This document shows positions 11,801 through 24,539 of a stretch of DNA of 64,000 bases, piece by piece (position 1 is the stretch's first letter; every line of letters begins with the position of its first letter). The DNA lies in contig NW_019091362.1 of the NCBI RefSeq assembly GCF_001949145.1, positions 1-64,000 of the forward strand, in the 5' to 3' direction. Made by a program: the position numbers and the translations under genes. The notes beneath the pieces were generated by a model that saw only the letters and a program-made list of their open reading frames with translations, made no database searches and had not been told where the DNA came from. The DNA comes from Acanthaster planci. Taxonomy: Eukaryota.

Positions 11801-14800
11801 GCACTCGTTTTTGCAAATAACGGTTATGTCATTCCATTCTTCCTTCTGTTTAGCGGGAAGAAAGCAGGAATTTCCCGGCAAGCAGAAAGGGAGTTCATGC
11901 TGCCCAATTTGGTTTACTGCATGCATTCGCATCATAATACGGTTGATATCTTGCCATTTCAGTCCAACCACACTCCTCTCATCGATTTCAGCCTTGCTAA
12001 ACCACTTTTCCACACCTTTTACAAACTGTGCGTAAACATTCTCATCTTCAGTGATACATGTTATGTTCTGTATGCCTTGGAAAGATGAAGACATTTTTCT
12101 GAAAATGTCACAAACGATTCCCAGGTCCTGATCGGACAGGAGCAAGAACACAATAGCAGCACGTCCTTTTGGTATAACCGAAGAGAAGAAAGAGATTGAT
12201 GCTTCTACATCTCGGCTACGTTCTTTGTTCCATTCTTGCAGATCCATGGGAAGGCTTTCAATGGTTGGGTTGTCCTCTCGCCCGTTAGCGAAAAGCCAAA
12301 GTGTCTTTTCAGGAAATCCGATACTGGTTTGTAGATCTTCTTTTGACTCGATGTTTTTGAACAAATTTGGTTGCTGCAGAGTGACCATTCTATTGTCATG
12401 GTAGAGCTTACACAGTCCATCCGACAGAGACTGTGAATCAAAGTCCAAGACGCTTGCCCATTTGATTGTCTTAATAAATTCAACATTTCGGAAGTATTCA
12501 GTTTTAGAACTCTCCAAGGAAAGAGAGGGAGCTTTGTTTGCAACCAGTAACGGATACGACTGGTCAAGTTCTCCACACTCATCGCCCGTGAGTAAAGTAC
12601 GAAGTCTGGTTTCTCCGTTCTGTGATACTTGACCAATGGACGCTTTGATATCTGACGGAATATCGCGCTGTGTTTGCAAATATGTTGACGTTCCATGATG
12701 TTCTTCGTTATACTTTTTGGACGGCTGGGGCTCTGAAGTCATCTGGTTTCCAGGAAACTCTCCGCTTGTTTTGTGTGACATGGCCTCACTTGGTGAATCC
12801 GGAGAAAATTGAGGTGGTTTTACCCTGCAAACTGAAATACTCTCTCTTGGCACTGGAGAAAATGTTAGCAATGTGGTATCTTGTTTGCTCTTGCTTTCAC
12901 CTTCGTTGGTAGCCAATGGGTTCTGAAATGGTGTTATTCTATCTTCGGGTGGGATAATTATATCTGCCTCTGTGGATTCTTGGCCTCTGTTCTCTCCATA
13001 CAGTGCCCTTTCTTCCTTCTCAGATGCTTTTACAAGGGATGTTTGATGTTGCTCACTTGGTCCAATCTGCTTAATTTTCGTCTTCCTACCCGCCTCATCT
13101 TTCTGTCGAGAGGACGGCATTTTTGGACGGACCACGGGTTGGGATGCTGCCTTGGTATGGAGTTTTTCAGGTTTTTCAACAACTGCATCAGCTAATACCT
13201 GATCAGAATCCTCTTTGCTTTCCCCAGTAGAAGATAGCAACATTTGCTTACTGTTTGAAGGAGAGGTCAATTGACGCTTTTCCGATTTCAACCAGTTATC
13301 TTTATGATGTAAGATGAGTCTTATGTGCCCCTTTCTCATATCAAAATCTTCGTGTAGTTGGTCTTTGTTGTATATTTTTAACTCCTCACCGTTTATCTCT
13401 TCCTCATACAGCTCACGTGCAACAGAATCTGGTACACCAATACCAAGAAGCCACATTTTTACATGCTCCTTAGTCCAATCTGACATACGTACAGGCAACG
13501 TCTCTTGTTTTAGAGTATCTGCAAAAATAGTTTACATGAAATTTGGTTTTCGTGAAGAACATAGCATTCAAGTTATGCAACTTTGAATAATTTTGAAGAT
13601 AATTAAATACGACAGAGCCTAGTTTATGAACTGCTTTCAACCATTTCAATTGTAAGTGTGCGGAAATGACATGAGAAATTTGGCAATTCCTTTTAATTCA
13701 AGCACATTTAAATCACTAAATGACATAAAATTCTGTCGCAATTGTTGCAAGTGTGGACCCCACTCTGTGCATCAGGTATTAATTCTGAATACTTTCATAA
13801 CTTAGATATTTTCAATATGAGCGATTCCTAATACGGTGCGCAAAGAAGCGTTTGCCGCAGACAGGCCACTTTTCAAGTTCATGATCGACTTGCTACCGCG
13901 ATTAAGCGCAATTCATACGTATTTTGGGAATATTTGATTGAGGCGCTCCCTACACAACAAAAAAAAATCATGTTGACTACCTAACACCTATTTGCTATTA
14001 ACAGTTTCCAATTTTCAACCAAGATCAACAAAAATTCAGAAACAATTCAAGTTTTCTGCCCAAAGCGCAGTTAGCGAATGAGTTTTTTGACTATTTGTCT
14101 CACTATGCAATGCAAAAAGGCCTGTCCATGACGACCTCTTGGTTGCGTACTGCATTGTGAATCGCCTTTAGTAATAACATCATATGCTTTTTACCTCGTC
14201 TTTTAACAGTCAAGTAAAACAACTTGTATGAGTGACAATACGTTATTCACCCCTTTCGACATCTTTTCGACTGCAAATTTACCTTTTTGTAACTTTTCAA
14301 AGAATCTGCAACCTTCCTGGTAATCACTTTCAAGTATTGTCACTTTGATGGCCATGTTGCTCTTGTCTTCCGTTGTAAGTTCATCAGTAATCAGAATCTC
14401 GGTGAACGTCTTGGCTAGTTCGCCACTGGTGTACATGTTCCACAGCTTATGCAGACCTTTCTGACTTTTGACGTGCAAAACAAGTTTCACAGACCCCATT
14501 TGAGCATGTGCAACCTCCGCGTCGAATTCAACAAAAGCTTTTGTGAAAAGGGTCATCATGTGGGTCTTGCCATGTTGCCGTAATCCGTGTTTTATCATTT
14601 GCACGATTGTTGCATTGCTTTCTCTGTGGGTCTCTCCATTTTTCATTGCATCGACATCTACTGGTATCTTTGCTGGAAAACGTAATAAGTTAATTAATTC
14701 ACAGTTAGAAATTTGTGATAACGTGAATGCTCCAAAGCAATATTCATTCAATATTCATCAAATGTGTGTTTAATTTGCCATAAACAGCGGTACCGTAGTT

Positions 14801-17800
14801 AATCTGGATATTCGTAGTCGGAAATTGTTATTCAAGGAGGGTTGGCACAGGTTTATGGAGTCGGCAAAAAATTGTCACTAATTGAAACTGATATTAGTAT
14901 ATTTTAGTTTGTTAGTTTAGGTAAACTTACACCTAGATTTGTGAAAAATATACCCACAGTAAACAGAACATCAACAATGTTTGGAAACATATTGGTGAGA
15001 CTGCCAAATATTTCGAAATATCCAGCATGTACCGTAGTTAAACGAAGAAGCAACTGCGGGGCCAAGTATAATAGGGCTATTGGTGACTCCTTTAATGGTC
15101 AAGTTTTGAATTTGAACGCTTGATTGTGTAGGCCTGTTGGGATCAGCAGCATAGCCGCTCGTCGAAGACGATTTCTGAGACAATGAGGGGCTTTCTTCAC
15201 CAGCTGAGACGTCTTCCTGCGTTGGCTTTCGTTCAGGTTCCAGTCGCTTTTCTGTAGAATGCGTGAACCAAGTGAAACATTGAGTGAAAACAACACAACA
15301 ACAGATTTAAATGGCGCAACATGTGACCTTAAAAATAAACTGTTACAGTGAAAGCACATTATAATTTCGATTAACCTACTGCACTCGACATTTCGATTTA
15401 AAAGTTTCTGGGAATGCCTATCAACAGCATGGACACCTGGTGAAGATGATATCTGATATGCTGAGGAGTGTTCTTCAGATGCCCAGGCATCTTCTGACGT
15501 TAGATTTTGTTTAGGTTCCTGTTGCTTTTCTGTGAAACAATAAGAAGGAAAGCAGTGAGTCTTAATTGAAGCTCAGCTTAATATTCAGTAACTCTTAAAA
15601 ATACAAGGATTTTTTGATGCGCGGAGTGTAAGAGAAACTTTGAGTTTCAACAAATTGGTGCGCATATTTTGTGGCCACTTTAAAAAAAAAACAAATTAAA
15701 CCCATACGACATGTTTAGATAATCTAAATTAAAACGCTTTGAGAAATGCTGAGCCGATTTCACAAAGCTGGATGTTACCATGGAGAAGTATCCGGTTTGT
15801 CATTTAAACACATCCCTGAAAGCGCTTCGAAAAAATCTGGATACAAAAAAAGTGTGAACCTGTTGTGCTATTTCCACAGCGTGTAATTTCACAAAATGTG
15901 AATAAAGACTTACATGTAGTTCAGATAAATTCATAGCACAATGTGTTAACATTTAATCAATTTTGTTTTCCTGTTGTCCTAACTTCAGTGGAGTTCATTG
16001 AATATGTCAATGCCATGTTCAGGTAGCGTGGCGTATCTTGGTCTTTAGGCTACGAGGGATATGAGGCAAAACGGGATATTTTTCCCCAAAATAAATTTCC
16101 CATATTTTCACAGTTAAAAGAGCCCTCATCCTCCCCGTGGTAATACTACTTCATATGCTAGCGCTTTCCATTCCGAGAAAAAAGTGGAAGCAAGTCTTCA
16201 GGGGAACTTACCCCACCCCTCTCCTCTGAATATGGGTCATCAATGCATTTCTATTACCGAGTGATTGTTTCTTAGCATGCGATATGAGGCATTAGGCCTA
16301 CCTGATTTTCGTTTCTTTTTTCTCCCACCCATCAATCCAGAAACAAGGCGCAGTTCTATGGTAGCGTCATGTTCAATGCTGTGATCAGCTATGGACAGGG
16401 CATCACAAAGCTGTACATCAACAGAAATGCAATGACAGATAAAACATCAAGCACATGTTCAAAGGTAAGCACAAAGAACGGACTTCATGAAGACATAAAG
16501 CGTTAATTGAAGAAAAATTTTCCACTTTAATGAAAGACTGACATATTTTGCTTGACGTACCTCACAAATTTCTATTCTTCCCCATAGAAAGTTTGCACGG
16601 CTGCCATCTTGCAGGGCAGTTCTTTTGTTCCACAGTGTATGCACAAAAAGAAGTTTCCATGTGGAACAACACACCTGCCCTGCAATATGGCTACCAGGCA
16701 AATCCTCTATAGTGTAGAAAACTCCGGAAAGGAGTACGTGTTTGAGTACATTTGTAATACGATAACGCTAACATACCATGCTTTTTATCACGCCGCCTCA
16801 GGTAATTCTTAGAGGAATATCATTTTAAAATCATCATACAAACTAGATATTTGTCATCACAGAATCCAAATTGCATATTGAGAAAACAGCAACACAAGGA
16901 AAGGTCCTTCGAACAGTGTAAAGAGGAGTCTTTGGTATAAATTAAAAACAAGCCCTGTGTGTAGTGAATGTTGTACACATTATGCATTTCATATTCACCT
17001 CAAGGCCTTTACGGGTGAATAAATGTTGCTTCTCAGAATCGATGCCAAGTCTCTCTTGTAACAATCTCTTAAGATCAGCGACTGAGGTGGACGGACGCAG
17101 TTGCAGACAGATAGAGGATGCCCAAGAAGTGGAAATGAAGATTTGGATCTTCCGTGTTTTGGTGCTTTGACTGGAACTAGTAAGGTGATAGTGGAAACAC
17201 AAAAAAATGAAGGATATACATGTATCTTCTTAAGTTGAAGCTGAATATGCAAACGCATAAATGCACATGTGAAAAATGACGTAAGNNNNNNNNNNNNNNN
17301 NNNNNNNNNNNNNNNNNNNNNNNNNNNNNNNNNNNNNNNNNNNNNNNNNNNNNNNNNNNNNNNNNNNNNNNNNNNNNNNNNNNNNNNNNNNNNNNNNNNN
17401 NNNNNNNNNNNNNNNNNNNNNNNNNNNNNNNNNNNNNNNNNNNNNNNNNNNNNNNNNNNNNNNNNNNNNNNNNNNNNNNNNNNNNNNNNNNNNNNNNNNN
17501 NNNNNNNNNNNNNNNNNNNNNNNNNNNNNNNNNNNNNNNNNNNNNNNNNNNNNNNNNNNNNNNNNNNNNNNNNNNNNNNNNNNNNNNNNNNNNNNNNNNN
17601 NNNNNNNNNNNNNNNNNNNNNNNNNNNNNNNNNNNNNNNNNNNNNNNNNNNNNNNNNNNNNNNNNNNNNNNNNNNNNNNNNNNNNNNNNNNNNNNNNNNN
17701 NNNNNNNNNNNNNNNNNNNNNNNNNNNNNNNNNNNNNNNNNNNNNNNNNNNNNNNNNNNNNNNNNNNNNNNNNNNNNNNNNNNNNNNNNNNNNNNNNNNN

Positions 17801-18864
17801 NNNNNNNNNNNNNNNNNNNNNNNNNNNNNNNNNNNNNNNNNNNNNNNNNNNNNNNNNNNNNNNNNNNNNNNNNNNNNNNNNNNNNNNNNNNNNNNNNNNN
17901 NNNNNNNNNNNNNNNNNNNNNNNNNNNNNNNNNNNNNNNNNNNNNNNNNNNNNNNNNNNNNNNNNNNNNNNNNNNNNNNNNNNNNNNNNNNNNNNNNNNN
18001 NNNNNNNNNNNNNNNNNNNNNNNNNNNNNNNNNNNNNNNNNNNNNNNNNNNNNNNNNNNNNNNNNNNNNNNNNNNNNNNNNNNNNNNNNNNNNNNNNNNN
18101 NNNNNNNNNNNNNNNNNNNNNNNNNNNNNNNNNNNNNNNNNNNNNNNNNNNCCATGAGTTCATGGAAAAAGTATGTATTATGTTCTCCCGCTGAATTGTT
18201 ATAAGTCTTAGTGACTAGACATTTTACTCGCTAAAAATATATATTCCGCGGTGGTTGCAAATACAACTGCATGGCAATGCTTTGATGATGTCAAACGACA
18301 TCGTACTAAAAATAAGTGCTGAGGAATTGCTGTGATCAGAATAAAAACTAATGATGTTGATCCATTTTGCTCTTTGTTTGCAGTCACCAGTTCTTAGAAC
18401 AGCACCTTCTTGCGCTTCTTGCTATATGAAAGTGCATTCGATGGATCAATAGAACTGCACTGAGTGTACCATGCTGAGATGCTGTTTGACTGACACTTCT
18501 GAGAATGGATAGGCTAAATCAAGGGCGATATTTTACTTCAAGTACGAAAACTACGAGCAATTGCAAAAAAGGACTGGTGGCTATATCACCCAATTAACAA
18601 TTGAAGTTAACCTTATTTTATTTACCTGCGTTTAGAATTTAATACTGTTGCTTGTGTATTCTGAGCACCAGGCGACGTTGGAGTTTCAATTTCTGATGAG
18701 GCATTATTAAGAGGGCGTTTCGTTGACAGCACTGAGAGAAAAGCCTTTTGCTTAGACTTCCGAACACCTTTCGTTCCGGTTACCAACTTGGCCTGCGAGT
18801 GGTCATAAGTGACCCGGGCGACCCTCACCGCCTCCTCCCAATCTGCATATGTCTTCAAAGTCAT
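8852..18864 (-). CDS. SAMD9-like: SAMD9-like STAND NTPase gene A. Exons: 18864-18626, 17176-16999, 16410-16302, 15529-15437, 15251-15033, 14672-14283, 13518-8852; terminal exon unresolved. Two apparent frameshifts (~10210 and the n at 9786).
   Basis: SAMD9 motifs: LLTGD..LD..Y.LLVANK, IKWASVLDFD, WLFANGR, ICKNECE, FYRGAKIDWWNF, P-loop HQPGAGGST..QILWEL, Walker B VLIDD, FMVMKEEFNKDYI, AFIAQQLAR, SYFWDTKG, VTFYLGFSWNGPVAYNV. All junctions are GT-AG with compatible phases (2,0,1,1,1,1,0), and every exon except 15529-15437 has a counterpart in gene B. Confidence 0.88.
13300..13498 (-). other. SAM domain of gene A
   Basis: DWTKEHVKMWLLGIGVPDSVARELYEEEINGEELKIYNKDQLHEDFDMRKGHIRLIL fits the SAM pattern W..E.V..WL..IG...EEI.G..L. 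Confidence 0.85.
14283..14672 (-). CDS. Gene A exon encoding a TRADD-N-like domain
   Basis: AEVAHAQMGSVKLVLHVKSQKGLHKLWNMYTSGELAKTFTEILITDEL; phase 1-1 exon homologous to 38165-38551. Confidence 0.65.
16302..17176 (-). CDS. Gene A exons 2-3 (17176-16999, 16410-16302) encoding a ubiquitin-like domain ending LMGG
   Basis: IQIFISTSWASSICLQLRPSTSVADLKRLLQERLGIDSEKQHLFTRKGLE|LCDALSIADHSIEHDATIELRLVSGLMGG-RKKKRKS aligns along ubiquitin. Confidence 0.85.
18626..18864 (-). CDS. Gene A first coding exon
   Basis: MTLKTYADWEEAVRVARVTYDHSQAK... is homologous to 35317-35561; cag|gtaaat donor, phase 2. Confidence 0.8.
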
Positions 18865-19374
18865 GTTGGGTTGACAGGAGCAGACTGATTATTTGTAAGT
18901 TCCTTAAAAAGGAAAAATTCAATACAATTTCAAATTACTACACGCACGATTGCATTCTGGGAGTTTAATAGGTCAAAGATACACTGCTGCTATCTGTTCA
19001 TTGCAGCAAAAAAAAAAGAAAAAAATATGGGCAAGACAATCATACATGCTGAATACAGTCCATTCCCTTTCGTAAGAGAGGCGGGACAGCCTTTGGTCAC
19101 ACATCATGTGATCTGATTGTTTTTCTAAATGCTGCACATGACCCAGCCAAGCCCCCGTGACTTCTCCTGAACCCTCGTGCTGCTACTTTTGGAGGGGGTT
19201 CAATCTTGGGATCACCCCAGGCAGTCCCTGAAGCCAGCCGGAAACATCCCCTGTCCGATTATCTTAGCATGTGTTTGCATACACAATTCCCACTGCACAT
19301 GATTGTGAAGAAAATACCCTCTCCCTTATTGTACATGTACTAGTGAATCAGGCCAGTGAATTGAGACCAATGAG

Positions 19375-19890
19375 GGGTGCACTGAACCAATTCAAGCTCC
19401 ATTGAAAATAATGTAAAATCAACCAAGTTCGGAGCCCCGTGGCGGGCAACAGAAGTCCCGGAAGCCTCTCAAACAAAAAGCAATGTTTTATTTAGTTCTT
19501 CAGATTTCATTTGATTTTCAATTTTTAGTAAGTTAACCAATGAATTTTTTAATTATCCGCCCAAAACAAACTCACCCCCCAAAAAGTGAATGTTCCCAAG
19601 TGTTCTCAGAGGCCATTTTTCAAATGACATCCCTCACCTTCCTGGGGCTCCTCTGACAAATTTTCAATCACAGTTTTGTCTGCATTGCCCCCAGACGGGT
19701 GCCCCTGAATCTACAGAGGTGATTCTGGGCCACACTGACACAATGCCACCATTTCTTGGCCCAAACAGACCCCTCTTTTCGAAAGAATCTGTACGTGGGG
19801 GGTACTTTTTGTGCGCATCTGCCAGGCGGAGAATACACTGCACCCTTCAAGCTAATCCGCTCCGAGCGGAACAAAAGAGGGCGTGATTTT
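19375..19890 (+). repeat. Dispersed repeat, probably a non-autonomous DNA transposon; copies at ~50655-51005 and ~53560-54075
   Basis: gggtgcactgaaccaattcaagctccattgaaaataatgtaaa...gctaatccgctccgagcggaacaaaagagggcgtgat is shared by three loci. Confidence 0.85.
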
Positions 19891-22216
19891 TTTTTTAAAA
19901 TCACCGCATAGGCGCGCCATGAGTTGAGGCGCGCAAGTATAATGCGCGTTTGACGCGGAGCATGCTGAGTACTCCGGCATGTATGGTCTTTGCAGAGGCG
20001 CACAAAAAGTACCCCTCTGCCTGGCGGAGAATTTTCCTTGAATTGGGACACTGCACCATGAGATACTGTTTGGGATCATCAACGTGTCTTGAGCTGCATT
20101 GCTGACGCCACAACAGATAGTTTATTGCCCTCTGTCTGACATTATTATTAGGCCGGCCGGGCCTGGCAGCGCTAAGCTGAGACCACCTTTTGACCTGTTG
20201 AGACATGTGAGAGCGGTTTAGTGGGGAAAAACCAGAATGACCAAACACATATCCTCTGGTGCCTTTTGCCATCCGTTGGCTTGTGTTGTCTTCGGAAAGA
20301 AGCGTGAAAATGTCATTTATGTGTCAAAAAAGGTGCCAAATGCCCCCCTCACCTCAATACGAGCCACGTCCCCAAAAGGACTCCTCCCCCCCCCCCAAGG
20401 CAATAACAGCCTGCCTGAGAGGGTTTCCCTCGGATTTATTCAGAAAAAAAAATTGGGAAACTGTAATTACGAGTCTCCTTTTACTGTAAAATATGTGTGA
20501 CCAAAACATGTCCCGGATGCCATATTTTGTGTTATTTGAAGGAATGTCTAATGCCGAAGAGAATGATCCTTTTGGTTCACACCCTTAAACCAATTTTGCT
20601 AAACTTTCCTGAGTTTAATCCGCCGACGCAAGAAGAGGTATAAAATGGAAAGGTGCCTATTTTAAATACCAGCCAGTGTAATGAACACTTTTTATTCAAA
20701 TATTTCACACGTGGAGGTTTGGAGTTCAGAGCATTAATTTAATAAGCAAACAACAAAATGTGACGGATGGTCCTCGTCAACAGGAAAATTATGAAAAACA
20801 GTCTAAGTCAGTGACAAGTAAATACCCAAACGTTGAAATGACAATTTTTTAAGGTCCATATCACTTGGACTGATTTTCAAGTAAGGTATAATCACATCAT
20901 CTTCTGTTCAATTTCCCAACAACCGCTCACAAAGACAATGCCTCTTTGCGATTAAAGTCCGCAAAATCAGACCCTGCTTTATTGTTGCTATGCTATTGAT
21001 AAGCACAAATCTTGCGCACAGGCACTTCTGTAGTGAACATCATGAACAAATGTTCAAGTGATGCATCATCAATATCATTGCGCTCATCGTAACCTTCAGC
21101 AAGCCGCTCTGTANNNNNNNNNNNNNNNNNNNNNNNNNNNNNNNNNNNNNNNNNNNNNNNNNNNNNNNNNNNNNNNNNNNNNNNNNNNNNNNNNNNNNNN
21201 NNNNNNNNNNNNNNNNNNNNNNNNNNNNNNNNNNNNNNNNNNNNNNNNNNNNNNNNNNNNNNNNNNNNNNNNNNNNNNNNNNNNNNNNNNNNNNNNNNNN
21301 NNNNNNNNNNNNNNNNNNNNNNNNNNNNNNNNNNNNNNNNNNNNNNNNNNNNNNNNNNNNNNNNNNNNNNNNNNNNNNNNNNNNNNNNNNNNNNNNNNNN
21401 NNNNNNNNNNNNNNNNNNNNNNNNNNNNNNNNNNNNNNNNNNNNNNNNNNNNNNNNNNNNNNNNNNNNNNNNNNNNNNNNNNNNNNNNNNNNNNNNNNNN
21501 NNNNNNNNNNNNNNNNNNNNNNNNNNNNNNNNNNNNNNNNNNNNNNNNNNNNNNNNNNNNNNNNNNNNNNNNNNNNNNNNNNNNNNNNNNNNNNNNNNNN
21601 NNNNNNNNNNNNNNNNNNNNNNNNNNNNNNNNNNNNNNNNNNNNNNNNNNNNNNNNNNNNNNNNNNNNNNNNNNNNNNNNNNNNNNNNNNNNNNNNNNNN
21701 NNNNNNNNNNNNNNNNNNNNNNNNNNNNNNNNNNNNNNNNNNNNNNNNNNNNNNNNNNNNNNNNNNNNNNNNNNNNNNNNNNNNNNNNNNNNNCATGTGT
21801 TATGTGCACCAGCACAGCATGCAATGCGTACCGAATATGCAATTTCCGTACTTGCAGAGTAGGACTACACTGTATACAATGTACATATACCCTAAATTTC
21901 CTGCTTTGTCTTTCTCATGAATCATGGGGGGAATTGGTGACAAATTTCCACTTCAAGACAGGATTAAAGGGTCCCCTAAATGGCATCACGAACTTGTGAA
22001 AATCGTGATACAAAAATCAACTAGGCAAAATGCGCGTGGGAAATAGAGTGACCTTTTAAATAAAGTTCTGGCAGGAAATCTTCGGTTACCTTTAGTAAAG
22101 GAAAAGTTGGAAAGATTAAAAGCACACCTCCAGAACAATTCATTGAGACCAAAAAATCTCCTCATTTTCAAGTAGTTCAGAGAAATGGACCTTTACAGAC
22201 AGATGTAAGGACAGCC

Positions 22217-22247
22217 CGACAGACAGACAGACAGACAGACAGACAGA
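22217..22247. repeat. (CAGA)n microsatellite
   Basis: Directly visible. Confidence 0.9.
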
Positions 22248-23653
22248 TAAATGGTTTATTTGTACGACAAGATGTTGCCTTTTAGGCGAAATCGGCATTA
22301 AAGTTTGAAATAGAGCATTTCATTGGTCATTGTGTGACTACTACAGAAGCATTCGCGCCCGTGGACTGAATTTGTTGTCGGGTACAGAAAGAGCTTTGTC
22401 AAACGCTGAACATGACAAAAGTCATTGTACGCAGGTAGGTACATCTTTGGCACATCCATGACATGTATAGGGAATTTCTAAATGGCAGTCAGCTCAGACT
22501 TGATAATCTTGCTTTGTGGTTAAAACCGAATGATGATCAATTTAGGCTTCCAACGGTGAGACTAATCGTACGGCAAAATGACAAAAGGCAATTGTTCTGC
22601 TTCCTGTTACCCAACCAACCCTAATATTATAGCCCAACCTTCATGTTTCGATCAGCAAGTTAAAAAAAAAAATAAAAAGCGAACATGAGAAACAGATCAT
22701 GTAGGCCTACTAAAGTCCTTCTCAATCTCTACACGTTACATATGGGAACATTGTTACTTTCCGTGTGTCTAAATTGTTGGTGATGAATATCAGAGCGAGT
22801 GAAAACTAACTGTGGACACTGTAAACTGACTCCATTTTTCCGAAGTAATACTTAAGCAAGATTCATCTTGACATCTTCCTCCCACACTCAATTAATAAAC
22901 ATGCTTCATGTGGTATGACTTCAATGGTTGTCATCTTTCAGCAGGAACAACAACGAACACGAGGAGCCAGTGGGTCCTCGTAAATATGAACTATATGTAC
23001 TGTATTTTACACGGCCGGTCGAACATACATGTATTAGGCTTAACTTCTGAACCTTCGAATATGAAGGAAGGTATCGAAATCTAAACTTCACCAGGATTTG
23101 TCACTTTAATTCATGGCATTTGACCTTTTTTCAGTATATGTATGTTTACCACTTGCGTGATTTTTATCGAGTTTTCAAAGCTTGTGTACTTTTTATGCAG
23201 TCTGATGAGGGCCGGGTATGGCAGACCGCACACAGTGATACCGAACCTGTTGGTCATTTTCCTGTCACAAACATTTGTGTAAACAGCTTGGCAATGTAAT
23301 TCGTTTCTGTTAAAGCAAACGTTTGTCATGATTTGGGGCAGATTTTGTATTAGTCTAGCTTGTGGGCATGTATCCTACTTTCATTAATGTAAAATATACC
23401 TCGCGGAAGGTAATCAGCATAAAATGCTGCAAACAAATATTTTACTGACCGACTGACTATGTATAGTCGAAATCGGCATGCCATCTGAAGCAGACATATT
23501 CTGTTGGCCAGTTGTTTATTTTTGCAATTATGGTCAATCTCATTGGATTCTAGATTGTCTATCGAAATCCTGTCTACATTAAATTTTCAATCAACGAACT
23601 ACTACTAGCCCAGGTTCATTATCACTTACTGCACATGCATGTCCACGACACCT

Positions 23654-24277
23654 GGGTCATTCCATGAGGTTGGGGTACAATTTGTGACGATGTACTTGTT
23701 ACATGGGTACCTTTTACCGTTTGCCATGACCCGTATAGTAGGTAATTTAATCTGTAAAAATGACACACACCTCTGTATTCAGCCTTGCAAGATGTACAGT
23801 ATAACAATGTAAATAAGACATTTGCGAGTTAAATTTGAATAAAATCTGGTACACTGAGTTCTTTAAATTCACGTGAAAATAACAACTTGAATTCTCCATA
23901 CTAAAAACCACTGTTGATTCGTGATTGGAAGCAAGCTTTTGCTTAGTTACATAAGAGACGCCTTGCAACAATACACTCTTCTCAATGGAGAAGAACGGCA
24001 CAAAGGAATCAGTCCATTCCACTTTCCAGAGATGTTGGTCGCTATGCAATAGCTTGCCCCGAATTACGAGGTACAGCAACAGTGTCTTTAGTCTAAGAAA
24101 TTCAAATTGTTACGTTTCTGTGCAATCAGATAACACAGTGTACCAGACTTTATTCAAATTTAACTCGCAAGTGGCTTATTTGGAATCCACAAGCAGGGAA
24201 ATAGCTGTTCATTTTTGCGGAATCCATGTAACAATTGACATCGTCACAAATTGTGCCCCAACCTCATGGAATGACCC
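23654..24277. mobile_element. Palindromic MITE with long TIRs (GGGTCATTCCATG...CATGGAATGACCC) and ACCT 4-bp TSD; possibly Sola-type
   Basis: Inverted arms of over 200 bp; acct at 23650-23653 and 24278-24281. Confidence 0.85.
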
Positions 24278-24539
24278 ACCTCTCCATCTTTCGACAAATT
24301 ACAATGATTACAAAACAATAATGGTCAGCTGGTTTATTTTAGACTTAATGAGTAAATTTAAGGACAGAATTTCACACCACACTGACATGCATCCATTTCC
24401 ATCCTTTTTTGAAAGATTTTTCTGGGTTTACAGAACTTTGTCCGAAGTAACTGTGAAATCTAAGCCTATATACCTCGTTTCTTACGGAGTATTAATGTTT
24501 TGAATATTGTCTCCTCATCATAATTGATTATATAACTGG

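Noticed and set aside
8777..13498. Three separate genes, or a prokaryotic Avs-type operon
   Set aside because: The three ORFs are colinear pieces of one SAMD9-like exon, as gene B shows, and introns plus LINE/SINE content indicate a eukaryote.
20800..21113. Coding-like fragment (TERLAEGYDERNDIDDASLEHLF...) beside a gap
   Set aside because: Interrupted by stops; may be a transposase relic but I cannot assign a family.
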